Shown piece by piece: positions 30,740 through 40,817 of a stretch of DNA of 64,000 bases (position 1 is the first letter of the stretch; each line of letters starts with the position of its first letter). A program made the position numbers and the translations under genes. This stretch comes from a bacterium (GTDB lineage Bacteria; Zhuqueibacterota; Zhuqueibacteria; Residuimicrobiales; Krinioviventaceae), in assembly GCA_963675755.2 (NCBI GenBank), contig CAXXMD010000002.1, positions 2,048,001 to 2,112,000 of the forward strand. Direction: 5' to 3'. The notes beneath the pieces were generated by a model. That model saw only the letters and a list, made by a program, of their open reading frames with translations. It was not told the DNA's origin and did no database searches.

Positions 30740-32539
30740 TTACTTTCCATGAAACAACAATTCAGCAGGGATCTCACTCTTTTCAATTCCCGGCCCTTTC
30801 CAGGTCAATTTCAAAGTCTGCCCGCCAGCCATCTGAAAATATTTACATTCTAACTTGTGCTTGCCCTTTTTCAAAGCAATAGATACAGACATTTCACGAG
30901 TCCAATGTCCCCCGTCATTATTGATCACCAACTTTTCATCAATATACAGCACACTGCCGTCATTAGATTCAAGGTAAAAAACATACTGCCCGTCCTGCGG
31001 AACATCCACATATCCATTGAAAATAAACGCGTAATCATAATCACGACGACGTTTGTCAATATTGAATCCGTCCAGAGTTCCTGAAGAAACAAACGGCAGC
31101 TTTTCGATCTGATCACATTTCGTCGCACTGCCCTCAAAATACTGGTAGAATATTCCCGGACCCGGCTGGGCACCCAGTTGTAATGCCTGCTGATACACAT
31201 CAACACCTACGTATGCAGAGACGATACGGCTGGGCGGTTTCCCATCCGAAAAAGCCTGCATGAGCAAAATAGTCGAACCTGACACAGTGAACGGTTCTTT
31301 ATACAACACACCTCTAGTCAGTGCAGGCAGACTTTCATCCAGCGTATAACGGATAATCGCCCCGTTTTCACAATCCAGTTCAACAGTACCATCTTTATCT
31401 TTTTTAATCACCGGGTCAGCGGTTGCCTCGGAATAGATCCAGTCAAGGCTCAACCGGGTGATCTGGGTGGTTTCCAATCCATTGCTGTTACGACGGATAC
31501 CGGCACAATGGCCCAACAGTACACAATCCTCTAAAAATTCAATGGCGGTATAACAGTACCATCCGTAAGGATCATTCTCAATCGTTTTGATCTTTTTCCA
31601 GGTTTTTCCCTCATCTGATGACAATGCCAGATTATAGGGTGTTCGCTTGCCGCTTTCCAGTGCGTCTTTATAATTATTGTTCCATAACAGCAGCAGATCG
31701 CCAGTGGAAGGTATACGCTCAATAGATGCGGGAGATAACGGGGATTTTATATTACCCGGTTCAAGATCGGACCATGTCTCTCCCCGGTCATTCGACCAGG
31801 TAAAATATTGTTCACCGGCATCGGTTCGACAAAACATCAAGAGTCTGCCGGATTTCAACTCGATAATCCCTGGTTCCTGGGTAACAACTTTATTGGGATT
31901 CGCGGCTTCGCTGCTTTTATGAAATGTGACACCATTATCATCCGAGTAATAACTCATAATACGGGCAATTGGACTGTTATAGTTTTCATCAACATGCAGA
32001 GCCACAGGCATTAATATCCTGCCATCTTTTAACTGCACCACCCGGTCATTATTCATAACAAAATAACCGTCATCCGGAATCATCCTCCGGGGTTCTCCCC
32101 ATGATTTTGCTTCATCTTTGGAAATCCGCATATACGGTACACAATCGGTTTCAGAATTCTTGCGCAAATAAATCAATGCAATTTCACCTGTTTTTAACCG
32201 CAGCATGGAAACCGACATGATGTTCATGTCCGCCTCATTGGCTACAATCAAACTGTCGGATTGGGTCCAGGTACGGCCTTTATCATCTGAATACCGACCG
32301 GCAAGGTAAGCACTGTCATTGTCTCCATTACCACCGGTAAAATGTGTATACACGAATAAAATCCGACCATCTTTTAACGTAATAAAATCACCCTCACTAT
32401 TACGAAAATTATCAGGACCCGGCTCCAACCTCAATGCCACCTCTTTACCGGGAAGAGGAACTACTTTATCCGTACCACAGGATTGCAATACTACTGCCAT
32501 CAAAACCATCACTGTTAACAAATACCACTTGAATTTCAT
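30740..32539 (-). CDS. BNR/Asp-box sialidase-like (GH33-like) lipoprotein with Fn3-like and PA14 domains
   Basis: Lipobox LQSC; five Asp boxes (e.g. SDDKGRTW, SNDRGETW, SSDEGKTW); YTLDESLP linker domain; PA14 motif ESNDGS...NDGGH. Confidence 0.85.
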   Translation of the reverse strand: MKFKWYLLTVMVLMAVVLQSCGTDKVVPLPGKEVALRLEPGPDNFRNSEGDFITLKDGRILFVYTHFTGGNGDNDSAYLAGRYSDDKGRTWTQSDSLIVANEADMNIMSVSMLRLKTGEIALIYLRKNSETDCVPYMRISKDEAKSWGEPRRMIPDDGYFVMNNDRVVQLKDGRILMPVALHVDENYNSPIARIMSYYSDDNGVTFHKSSEAANPNKVVTQEPGIIELKSGRLLMFCRTDAGEQYFTWSNDRGETWSDLEPGNIKSPLSPASIERIPSTGDLLLLWNNNYKDALESGKRTPYNLALSSDEGKTWKKIKTIENDPYGWYCYTAIEFLEDCVLLGHCAGIRRNSNGLETTQITRLSLDWIYSEATADPVIKKDKDGTVELDCENGAIIRYTLDESLPALTRGVLYKEPFTVSGSTILLMQAFSDGKPPSRIVSAYVGVDVYQQALQLGAQPGPGIFYQYFEGSATKCDQIEKLPFVSSGTLDGFNIDKRRRDYDYAFIFNGYVDVPQDGQYVFYLESNDGSVLYIDEKLVINNDGGHWTREMSVSIALKKGKHKLECKYFQMAGGQTLKLTWKGPGIEKSEIPAELLFHGK

Positions 32540-32571
32540 AACCTACCCGTTCTTTAATAATAATCGATATT

Positions 32572-32710
32572 TATTGGTGCCCGAGTATCCCGAACGTGCT
32601 TCGGGATGTATAAAAGGCCCGATGCTTTTCATCGCCCAACTCAAACTAACAGCTTTACTGTCTTTTATCTTTTTAGGCTACTGACAACCGATAACTGATT
32701 ACTGATAACT
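32572..32710. repeat. Composite 3' module: family A hairpin (32572-32624) plus heptamer tract (32678-32710)
   Basis: Near-duplicate of 30599-30737. Confidence 0.85.
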
Positions 32711-32711
32711 T

Positions 32712-34514
32712 TTATTTTCCATGAAACAACAATTCAGCAGGGATTTCAGATTTGTCAAAACCGGGACCTTTCCAGTTCAATTGCAAACCAAGTCCACCCG
32801 CCATCTGAAAATACTCGCACTGCAATTTATGTTTTCCTTTTTTTAACGCCACAGTTGCATCCACTTCATACGTGCCATGTCCGCCGTCATTGTCAATCAG
32901 CAGCTTGTCATCAATGTAGAGCATACTCCCGTCATTGGATTCCAGATAAAATGTATATTGACCGTCCTGCGGAATATCCACATATCCGTTATAAACAATT
33001 GCAAAATCATTTTTTCGTCTGCTTGGTTCAAGATTGATTTCCGACTGAATCCCGGAAGTGACCAATTTCAACGTTTTAATTTGTTCGGCTCTTGAAGCAG
33101 TTCCCTCATAATATTGATAAAACAAACCGGGACTCAAGTCTGCATCTAACTTTAAAGCTTCCTGAAAAACATCACTACCTACATTTGCATGAACTATCTC
33201 ACTGGGTGTTTTACCGGTTGCAAATGCCTGCATTGACAAAGGTGTTGTTCCGGTTACCTGGAAAGGTCCTTTGTAAATATCACCATGAGTCAAAGTAGGA
33301 AGACTATTGTCCAGCGTATAACGGACCATAGCACCCGCATCATCACAGGCCAATTCTATGGTCCCATCTTTATCTTTAACAACCCGGGGCTCTGCCGTTG
33401 CATCAGCATAAATCCAGTCATAACTCAACCGAGTAATCTGTGTGGTTTCAAGCCCATTGCTTTTACGTCGATCTCCGGCACAATGCCCCAATAACACACA
33501 GTCATCCAGAAACTCGATTGCTGTATAGCAATACCATCCATTCGGATCACTTTCAAGGGTTTTGATATGTTTCCAGGTCTCACCTTCATCCGAAGATACG
33601 GCAAGATGAAAAGGTGTGCGCATACCGCCATCCCGCGCGTCTTCATAGCAATTATTCCAGACCAGCAACAGATCGCCGGTGGATGGTATTCTCTCAATGG
33701 AAGCCGGTGAAAGTGGTGATGTTATATTACCCGGTTGTAAATCCGACCAGGTTTCTCCATGATCATCAGAATATGTAAAATATTGAGTCCCAACAATCGT
33801 ACGGCAAAACATCAAAAGTTTGCCCGATTTCAACTCTATCATGCCGGGTTCCTGGGTGATCACATGATTAGGATTACCCGCTACAGCACTTTTTATAAAA
33901 GTTTTACCATTATCATCCGAATAGTAGCATAAAATATCAGCACCTGAAACAAAAACATTATTCCGGGTATGCTTTGCTACCGGTATTAAAATCCTGCCGC
34001 TACCGAGCTTTACAACTCTATCATTGTTCATCACAAAATAAGCCTTATCCTGAATACAGCGTCTGGGTTCACTCCACGATTTGGCTTCATCATGTGATAT
34101 TCTCATATATGGCACACAGTCTGATTGCGAATTTTTAATTGCGTAAAACAATGCAATCTCGTCACTACCCAGTCGAAGCAGTGACACGGACATGGTATTC
34201 ATCCCCCCTTCATTTGCAACAATCAAACTGTCTTCCTGCGTCCAGGTTAGTCCCTGATCACTTGAAAAACGTCCCGCAAGATAAGCGCTGTCATCGTCAC
34301 CATTGCCACCGGTAAAATGACTATACACAAACAGAATTCTGCCATCTTTTAACCTAATAAAATCACCTTCACTGTTGCGGAAATTATCAGGACCCGGTTC
34401 CAACCTCAAAACTACTTCTTTACCGGGATGAGGAACAATATTTTTTGTCCCACAGGATTGCAATACTACTACCATCAAAACCATCACTGTTAACTTATAC
34501 CACTTTAATTTCAT
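32712..34514 (-). CDS. BNR/Asp-box sialidase-like lipoprotein with Fn3-like and PA14 domains (tandem paralog)
   Basis: Colinear with 30740-32539 from signal peptide to the shared C-terminus EIPAELLFHGK. Confidence 0.85.
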   Translation of the reverse strand: MKLKWYKLTVMVLMVVVLQSCGTKNIVPHPGKEVVLRLEPGPDNFRNSEGDFIRLKDGRILFVYSHFTGGNGDDDSAYLAGRFSSDQGLTWTQEDSLIVANEGGMNTMSVSLLRLGSDEIALFYAIKNSQSDCVPYMRISHDEAKSWSEPRRCIQDKAYFVMNNDRVVKLGSGRILIPVAKHTRNNVFVSGADILCYYSDDNGKTFIKSAVAGNPNHVITQEPGMIELKSGKLLMFCRTIVGTQYFTYSDDHGETWSDLQPGNITSPLSPASIERIPSTGDLLLVWNNCYEDARDGGMRTPFHLAVSSDEGETWKHIKTLESDPNGWYCYTAIEFLDDCVLLGHCAGDRRKSNGLETTQITRLSYDWIYADATAEPRVVKDKDGTIELACDDAGAMVRYTLDNSLPTLTHGDIYKGPFQVTGTTPLSMQAFATGKTPSEIVHANVGSDVFQEALKLDADLSPGLFYQYYEGTASRAEQIKTLKLVTSGIQSEINLEPSRRKNDFAIVYNGYVDIPQDGQYTFYLESNDGSMLYIDDKLLIDNDGGHGTYEVDATVALKKGKHKLQCEYFQMAGGLGLQLNWKGPGFDKSEIPAELLFHGK

Positions 34515-34543
34515 ACCACATCCGTTCTTATAATTATAATATT

Positions 34544-34691
34544 AACCGGTGCCCGAGTGATCGCCGAAGGTGATTGTATAAAAGGCCCGGTGTAATCTGA
34601 ATCCATTTTAATAACTACTCATTCTTATTGTTTTTAACGTCTCACCTCTGCCGTCTACCATCTGACAACTGAATACTGACATCTGACAACT
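34544..34691. repeat. Family A hairpin (34544-34592) plus heptamer tracts (34636-34691)
   Basis: ACCGGTGCCCGAGTG...TGTATAAAAGGCCCGGTG; CTGACAA CTGAATA CTGACAT CTGACAA. Confidence 0.8.
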
Positions 34692-37600
34692 CACCTTGGC
34701 TTTAACGCCCAAAGATCCGAAAACGGCTGTCTCTCCATTCCCGGTCCCTCAATTTCAATTTCCATACTTTCCGTTCCACCGTTCTCATAGTACAAGATGT
34801 CAATAGCATGACGTCCCTTATCCAGGTTTACACTGCCATCCAGGAAGCGGATTCCTCCTTCCGGCTCATCATCTACCACAACTTTGCCATCAACGGATAC
34901 AAAACAACCATCATTGGCCTTGGCATAAAATGTATATTTACCCGCGGTTTTAACCTCATAGTCAAACCGGAACCGGATTCCCACAAAATCCCCGCGACGT
35001 TTAATCTTGTTTACATCCAGTTCATAGGTAATCCCCGAAGAGACCTCTCTCACCTGACTCCAGTCCGGAAAGCCTTCCCATTCGCCTTCATATACCGTAT
35101 ACGCAATGCCCTGTACCCGGGGATCAACAAACCAAATCTTGTCGGTCTTGTCATAGCTGGTTAAAAATCCTTCCTTTACCGCAATAGCCCGGATCGTGGT
35201 TTCATCCCAGATCTCAATGGGGCTCTTGTATTTTTCCGATTCGGTTGTCGGCAGACTGCCATCCAGTGTATAATAAATATCCGCATCATTGCTTGCGGTA
35301 ATCTTAATCCTGGCCGCGTCCGGTTTGTGATACAGGGTATCGGTTTTGGCAATAATCGGCACAGGCAAATGCACGGTTTTGATCAACTCTGTTGCGCCCT
35401 TTGAAACAAACTGATATTTACCGGAACCAACTTTATAGATCACTGTCTGTTTGTCCGCCTTGACAAACTCTGCAGGCCCCTTGTTTACAGATACACTTTC
35501 TCCATCCACTGCGGGAACATATACAGTAGCAGTCGTATTTGCCGGGATCTCTATATCCATAACGAGATTATTATTTTTCAACTTCCAATGGCTTTTGATC
35601 ATACCATATATGGACTCGTACTCTCCAGTTACAAATGTCAAATCACCGCACAGCACAGGCTTGATGATAACGTGATTGAATCCGGGATCAGCCAGATCCG
35701 GATTAATACCTGCCAACGCTTTAAAAAACCATTTGTCAATACTGCCAAACATGGGGTGACTGTGCGAGCTGTGGCCGTCCCAGTCTTCCCACAAGGTTGT
35801 TACACCCTTGCCCAGTATATAATATCCAAATCCCGGAAAATCACTCTGGTTCATCACGCTGAATGCCAGGTCTTCCCGTCCCATTTCTGTCAACGTTTCC
35901 AACAACAACGGCGTTGCCAGTATACCGGTATCCAGATGGCCCCGGTTTCCCATCACATGCTCGGCCATGCTTTTAGAAACGCCTGCAATGTTATCCTGCT
36001 CTACCATACCAAAGGCAAGTGGAAACGTATCTGCGCCCTGGTAACTGGTCCAATAGCGCTGTTCTTTTGCATCGTAATATTGTTTATTAAAATTGTTCTG
36101 GATCTTGTCTGCCAATGCCGCCAGTTTCTTATGGTCCTGGTCATTCCCCAAAATTCCGGCAATTTCAGAAACGGTTTTAGCGCAGAAATAATAATAACTG
36201 GTATTCACCAACGGTGCCGGCAGTTCCAATGGATCGGGCGGACACCAGTCGCCCAACGGACTGTCACCGGGATTTTCATGTATCACCAGCCCGTTCCTGT
36301 CCGTTCCTTTGCCCAAAAACTCGACCCAGTGTTTCATACCTTCGTAATGCTTTGCAAGCAGAGTTGTGTCCCCGTAATAAAGATAATAATACCAGGGAAC
36401 CACAACAATTGCCGAACCCCAGGCAGGACCGCCGCCGCCGCCCTCATAAGGCGCAGTATGCGGAACAAATCCGGTTTTCTTGTCTTGCGCGTCATCAATG
36501 TCATTCATCCACTTGCGGTAAAACCGCATCATATCAAAATTAAATATAGAGCCTTCTACCAAAAGCTCTCCGTCTCCGGTATATCCCAAACGCTCACGGT
36601 GCGGACAATCACTGCTAAAACTGCTGTGAAAGTTGCCCAATTGTGTCCAGATGTAATTCTGATGGATTTTGTTAAACAAATCATTTGAACAGTGAAAATA
36701 TCCTGTCGTATCAACTGCAGTGTTAACGACCCGCCCTGTAATACTGCTTATATCCAGCGGCGTAGACGAACCCTTGATCTCTACCGTACGAAATGCATGC
36801 CAACTGAATCGCGGCTCCCAAATCTCGGTACCGCCTTTGCAGATATAATGATCGATCTGGCTAAAATCGCTGCCCAGCTCCTCATTATGGATAATTCTCA
36901 AGGTATCTCCACGATTCCCTTTTATATTCAAACGTACCCACCCTGTAAACATTTGCCCGAAATCATAAACATAGGTATTCTCTTTTGTGTGCTTGACAGA
37001 GACCGGTTTCAAAGTTGCAACTACTCCATCCTGTGGTGCCAGTTGTGGATGCAATGCTCCATCCGGTGCGTTTAACAACCTGGCTTGCTGCCAGCCAGAT
37101 GCATCGTAACCTGCCTTGTCCCATCCGGACATTTCCATACGTGCATCATAATGCTCACCGGTAAAAATATAATCATAACGGATTGGTCCGTCTGTACTGA
37201 ATTGCCAGCTTTCATCGCTTATAATGGTTTGTTTTTCGCCATCCTGGTATTCGATCTCGATCTGCATAATGAATCGCGGTGTATTGTACCAAACCCAGCC
37301 GTTAGGATCACGATGTCTACGATTATACCAGCCATTCCCAAGCACAATACCCACTGCATTGCGTCCTGCATGCAGCTGCTCGGTAATATCATAAATATTG
37401 TACAAAACCCGTGTCGACGAATTTTTATCAAAATCATAAACACGATTATTATTTACCCGTTTTTGATAGTGGGTCTGCGCGGGAACCAGTGCATCGTCTC
37501 CGGTTTTGGTCCCGTTGATGGACATTTCATAATAGCCCAAACCGCTCACATAAACGCGGGCAGTTTCAACAGGTTTGTCGATATTAAACTCTTTGCGGAA

Positions 37601-38095
37601 CCAGGGGGCCGGACCGTATTCAACCTCCTCCGGACTTTTACCCTCGGCAACCCCCACCCATTTTGCCTGCCAGGCATCAGGATTCAGCGTCATTTCCCAA
37701 TATGATATTTCACTCCAGAGAGAAGCCGCACCTGTTTCATCCCAAACCTGTACTTTCCAAAACACCTGCTGCCGGGGTGCAAGTTCTGCGCCCTCGTACA
37801 CAATATGCTGTGACTGGTTAGATCTTACTTTGCCGCTGTCCCAGATGTCACCCGTATCCGTTATGAGCAAATCAGGCGAGCTGGCAGCCAGAATACGATA
37901 AGCGGATTGGCTCCGGTTATGGCCTCCTGCCTCAAGCTTCCATCCCAATCGGGGCGCAGAGTTTTCAACACCCATAGGATTACTCATATACTCACAACGC
38001 AGGTCCACAACCCGCATGGCTTTATTCATTGGTTGACAACCGGATAACAATAAAAACATAAGCACAGCAGTAACAACCAGCAGCGTCTTTTTCAT
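34691..38095 (-). CDS. GH78 alpha-L-rhamnosidase lipoprotein with Fn3-like and PA14 domains
   Basis: LRCEY...PRLGW, GLGYYE, DFGQ, SDCPHRERLGYTGD, TTLWE, SHSHPMFG; YYTLDGS and PA14 ANDG. Confidence 0.92.
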   Translation of the reverse strand: MKKTLLVVTAVLMFLLLSGCQPMNKAMRVVDLRCEYMSNPMGVENSAPRLGWKLEAGGHNRSQSAYRILAASSPDLLITDTGDIWDSGKVRSNQSQHIVYEGAELAPRQQVFWKVQVWDETGAASLWSEISYWEMTLNPDAWQAKWVGVAEGKSPEEVEYGPAPWFRKEFNIDKPVETARVYVSGLGYYEMSINGTKTGDDALVPAQTHYQKRVNNNRVYDFDKNSSTRVLYNIYDITEQLHAGRNAVGIVLGNGWYNRRHRDPNGWVWYNTPRFIMQIEIEYQDGEKQTIISDESWQFSTDGPIRYDYIFTGEHYDARMEMSGWDKAGYDASGWQQARLLNAPDGALHPQLAPQDGVVATLKPVSVKHTKENTYVYDFGQMFTGWVRLNIKGNRGDTLRIIHNEELGSDFSQIDHYICKGGTEIWEPRFSWHAFRTVEIKGSSTPLDISSITGRVVNTAVDTTGYFHCSNDLFNKIHQNYIWTQLGNFHSSFSSDCPHRERLGYTGDGELLVEGSIFNFDMMRFYRKWMNDIDDAQDKKTGFVPHTAPYEGGGGGPAWGSAIVVVPWYYYLYYGDTTLLAKHYEGMKHWVEFLGKGTDRNGLVIHENPGDSPLGDWCPPDPLELPAPLVNTSYYYFCAKTVSEIAGILGNDQDHKKLAALADKIQNNFNKQYYDAKEQRYWTSYQGADTFPLAFGMVEQDNIAGVSKSMAEHVMGNRGHLDTGILATPLLLETLTEMGREDLAFSVMNQSDFPGFGYYILGKGVTTLWEDWDGHSSHSHPMFGSIDKWFFKALAGINPDLADPGFNHVIIKPVLCGDLTFVTGEYESIYGMIKSHWKLKNNNLVMDIEIPANTTATVYVPAVDGESVSVNKGPAEFVKADKQTVIYKVGSGKYQFVSKGATELIKTVHLPVPIIAKTDTLYHKPDAARIKITASNDADIYYTLDGSLPTTESEKYKSPIEIWDETTIRAIAVKEGFLTSYDKTDKIWFVDPRVQGIAYTVYEGEWEGFPDWSQVREVSSGITYELDVNKIKRRGDFVGIRFRFDYEVKTAGKYTFYAKANDGCFVSVDGKVVVDDEPEGGIRFLDGSVNLDKGRHAIDILYYENGGTESMEIEIEGPGMERQPFSDLWALKPR

Positions 38096-38309
38096 ATTTT
38101 TCCTTTTGGATTAGAGAGGTGTGTAATTTTTTAGAATAAAATCATTTTTTACGAAAAAAACAAGAGGTATAATTATATGCAGTTTCAAAGGTTTTCAATC
38201 ATGGATCACATAATTCTTTTGCTGTGGAATGATTTAAATGCTATTAGCTGTTAGCTCCCAGCTATCAGTTTTCTATCTGCTCTTGTCAGCTTTGCAACAA
38301 CACACTACG

Positions 38310-38632
38310 CACCGGTGCCTGAGTGCGAGTCCGTATAGCGGACGAGTGTATCGAAGGCCCGGTTCATTCAACATCCAATAACAACAAATAATTTGATCGC
38401 TCGGCATATTCATGCCGGGCGGAATATTCATCCGGGACATTCGTCCCGCTGGGTTTCACTCAATGGATCTCACGGTAAAATCTTAATCCAGATTTTTAAA
38501 TTCAGGATAAACAGTGTTTATCCTGTCCTTTCCGTCCAAAACCAGAGTTTTTAAAGGAGTAATGTCGAGCGGAATATTCGGCCCTTTTCCTTCGATACAT
38601 CCGTCCGCAAGCTGGCGGACGGGATGCCTGGG
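38310..38632. repeat. Composite repeat block: family A (38310-38363), family B (38394-38448), 57-bp unit (38445-38501), inverted family A (38589-38632)
   Basis: 38394-38632 recurs in the same order at 40408-40767. Confidence 0.85.
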
Positions 38633-38694
38633 GTATATTAATTCAGGTAACATCCATTTTCGACCAAAATCAGCATATAGAACAGAAGAAACTC

Positions 38695-39534
38695 TCAGTT
38701 TTTTTTTGTTACATAAACACATCGAAAGCCGATAAACTCCATTTCCAGACTTTTATCATCAGCATAACTGCGATATCCCGTATGTGAGTAAAAAGCACAA
38801 TTTTTATTAATGGATGCACCACGAATCACCTTAACATATCCTTCTTTGGGGCCAAGTGGATTTTTAGAAGTGGATTCGAAATAATAATCCCTGCTGAACC
38901 AGTCCATACACCACTCCTGTACATTTCCTCCCAAGTCATATATACCGTATTTATTTGGCGGAAATTGTCCTACAGGTTCAAGATTATAATCCTGACAATT
39001 ATCCTGCCCCATTATCAGTTCATCTCCCCAGGGATACAAGTAATCCTTACCACCTTTGGCTGTTTTCTCCCACTCTGCTTCTGTAGGTAGACGCTTTCCA
39101 TAAAACTTTGCATATTCAAAGGCATCCTGCCAAGTAACTCCATATACTGGGTAATCTTTCATTCCCGGTTCAAAATGATCTTTCCAATTACCTTTGGGAG
39201 TATACCCGGACTTTTCAACAAATTTCAAATATTGACCAAAGGTTACCTCATATTTATCAATATAAAAATCATCAATCCATACCTTATGTTTCGGTTGCTC
39301 ATCTTTAAACCAGTCTAAACTAGAAAAACCAGGAGCTTCATTTACTATGTATTCAGCCCGTTCTTCAGTTATTCCCATTTCAAATTGACCAGCAGGTATT
39401 AACACCATGTCATTTAATCTGGGATTCTTTTGATTTTGTGAACAATTATTAAAAAATAATACAATAAACACTAATGAAATAATTTTATAATCATTCATTG
39501 CTACCCCTATAGTTTTGCTGTTAAACAAGATCAT
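38695..39534 (-). CDS. FGE-sulfatase (SUMF1) domain lipoprotein (start probably 39498)
   Basis: MVLIPAGQFEMG, KYEVT, RLPTEAEWEK, YPWG, DLGGNVQEW and IGFRC motifs. Confidence 0.9.
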   Translation of the reverse strand: MILFNSKTIGVAMNDYKIISLVFIVLFFNNCSQNQKNPRLNDMVLIPAGQFEMGITEERAEYIVNEAPGFSSLDWFKDEQPKHKVWIDDFYIDKYEVTFGQYLKFVEKSGYTPKGNWKDHFEPGMKDYPVYGVTWQDAFEYAKFYGKRLPTEAEWEKTAKGGKDYLYPWGDELIMGQDNCQDYNLEPVGQFPPNKYGIYDLGGNVQEWCMDWFSRDYYFESTSKNPLGPKEGYVKVIRGASINKNCAFYSHTGYRSYADDKSLEMEFIGFRCVYVTKKN

Positions 39535-39549
39535 GGCCTAATGGATAAT

Positions 39550-39948
39550 TTATAAATGCCAAATGCGCAAACCTTTTATATATTCAAAATGTTTATCGAA
39601 TGTTATTAAAGTTGACCCAATTTCCATTGCATGCGAAGCAATCCAGATATCCTGAATAGGAATAGGTGTTCCTGAAAGTTTAAGATCGTTTTTGATCATA
39701 CTAAAATACTCGGCAGTTTCCAATGTTGAATTTAATAACTGAACGGTAGGTTTTTCCAAAAATTTATTCAGGATTTCACGATTTTGTATCTCTTTACTAC
39801 CACCCCGAAATCCGTAATATAGTTCAGCAATAACAAAAACAGACATGTATACCATTTCTGCATTTGAAATCGCCTCTAACACAATTTTATTGCCTGCCAG
39901 CAAATGACTATACGCATTAGTATCAATTAATAAACGTTTCATTTCCAT
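39550..39948 (-). CDS. vapC: PIN-domain toxin, VapC family
   Basis: LLIDTN, AELYYG, DIWIASHA and LITFDKHF motifs. Confidence 0.93.
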   Translation of the reverse strand: MEMKRLLIDTNAYSHLLAGNKIVLEAISNAEMVYMSVFVIAELYYGFRGGSKEIQNREILNKFLEKPTVQLLNSTLETAEYFSMIKNDLKLSGTPIPIQDIWIASHAMEIGSTLITFDKHFEYIKGLRIWHL

Positions 39949-40211
39949 TGATCCGGTTCAATTTCACGGAGTTCTGCTGTCTTTTGATCAAACACATTTG
40001 CCTCATCTTTAGACCAAACACCACAAAACTCTGAAAAATCCTGTTTTCTTTTATTCAAGCCAAGAGCATCGTACAAAAGCATTTTTATAGTCTTGTTCAG
40101 ACTTGCACCGTTTTTTCTAGCCAATTCTTCAATTTTTCTACTTGCTTGACTATCAATATTATGTACAGTTATAGATTTCATGCCACACCTATGAATCAAT
40201 TTATGGTTCAA
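39939..40211 (-). CDS. Antitoxin (ribbon-helix-helix-like, VapB-type; start probably 40181)
   Basis: MKSITVHNID...LARKNGASLNKTI; overlaps the vapC start. Confidence 0.8.
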   Translation of the reverse strand: MNHKLIHRCGMKSITVHNIDSQASRKIEELARKNGASLNKTIKMLLYDALGLNKRKQDFSEFCGVWSKDEANVFDQKTAELREIEPDQWK

Positions 40212-40348
40212 AATACACTAAAAAATAGTTCAATATATATTTAAATGCAAGTATTTATTTAATTATCTCAAGTCACTATTATTAGCAACGCTTATTGAAA
40301 ATCCAAAGCAAGAAGCAACCTCAGAAATCCCCCATTCGCTTAATTTCT

Positions 40349-40811
40349 CCCGCTGGCTTTTACTTAATGGACCTCACAGTAAAACCTTAATCCAGATTTT
40401 TAAATACCGATCGCTCGGCATATTCATGCCGGGCGGAATATTAATCCGGGACATTCGTCCCGCTGGCTTTTACTTAATGGACCTCACGGTAAAACCTTAA
40501 TCCAGATTTTTAAATTAAGGATAAACAGAGTTTTGGATGGAGTAAAAAACACCATTCTACTTGTTGACATGAAAACAGTAAATCATTAATCAAATTTTCT
40601 GTTTCATCCGAGCAAATCCGTGGCTAAATAAATGGGTTCCAAGGCAGAGCCTTTGAACCAGATAATATATACAGCGTTTTAGACAGAGTATTATCGAGCG
40701 GAACATTCAGGCCCTTTTCCTTCGATACATCCGCCCGCCATCTGACGGACGGACACTCTGGAACCGGGCCTCGTTTTTTTTCTGATAACTGATTACTGAA
40801 TACTGACTACT
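40349..40811. repeat. Composite repeat block: 57-bp unit x2 (40349-40405, 40459-40515), family B (40408-40462), ATCCGTGG box, GGTTCC/GAACC hairpin (40635-40659), inverted family A (40719-40767), heptamer tract (40782-40811)
   Basis: Direct comparison with 38394-38632 and the other spacers. Confidence 0.85.
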
Positions 40812-40817
40812 TTTGCT

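Noticed and set aside
38394-38448. Family A or B as a hammerhead ribozyme
   Set aside because: The CUGANGA...GAAA core is not matched (TGATCGC...GGAATA; CTGAGTG...CGAAGG), so it is left as an unknown structure.
38483-38735. ORFs 38483-38722 (-) and 38514-38735 (+)
   Set aside because: They run through the non-coding repeat block and have no recognisable protein features.
38695-39534. FGE-domain protein as a DGR target or as the sulfatase-maturing enzyme
   Set aside because: No template repeat of its 3' end was seen. It also lacks the catalytic Cys pair of true FGE, having only NKNCAFYSH, so only the domain call is kept.
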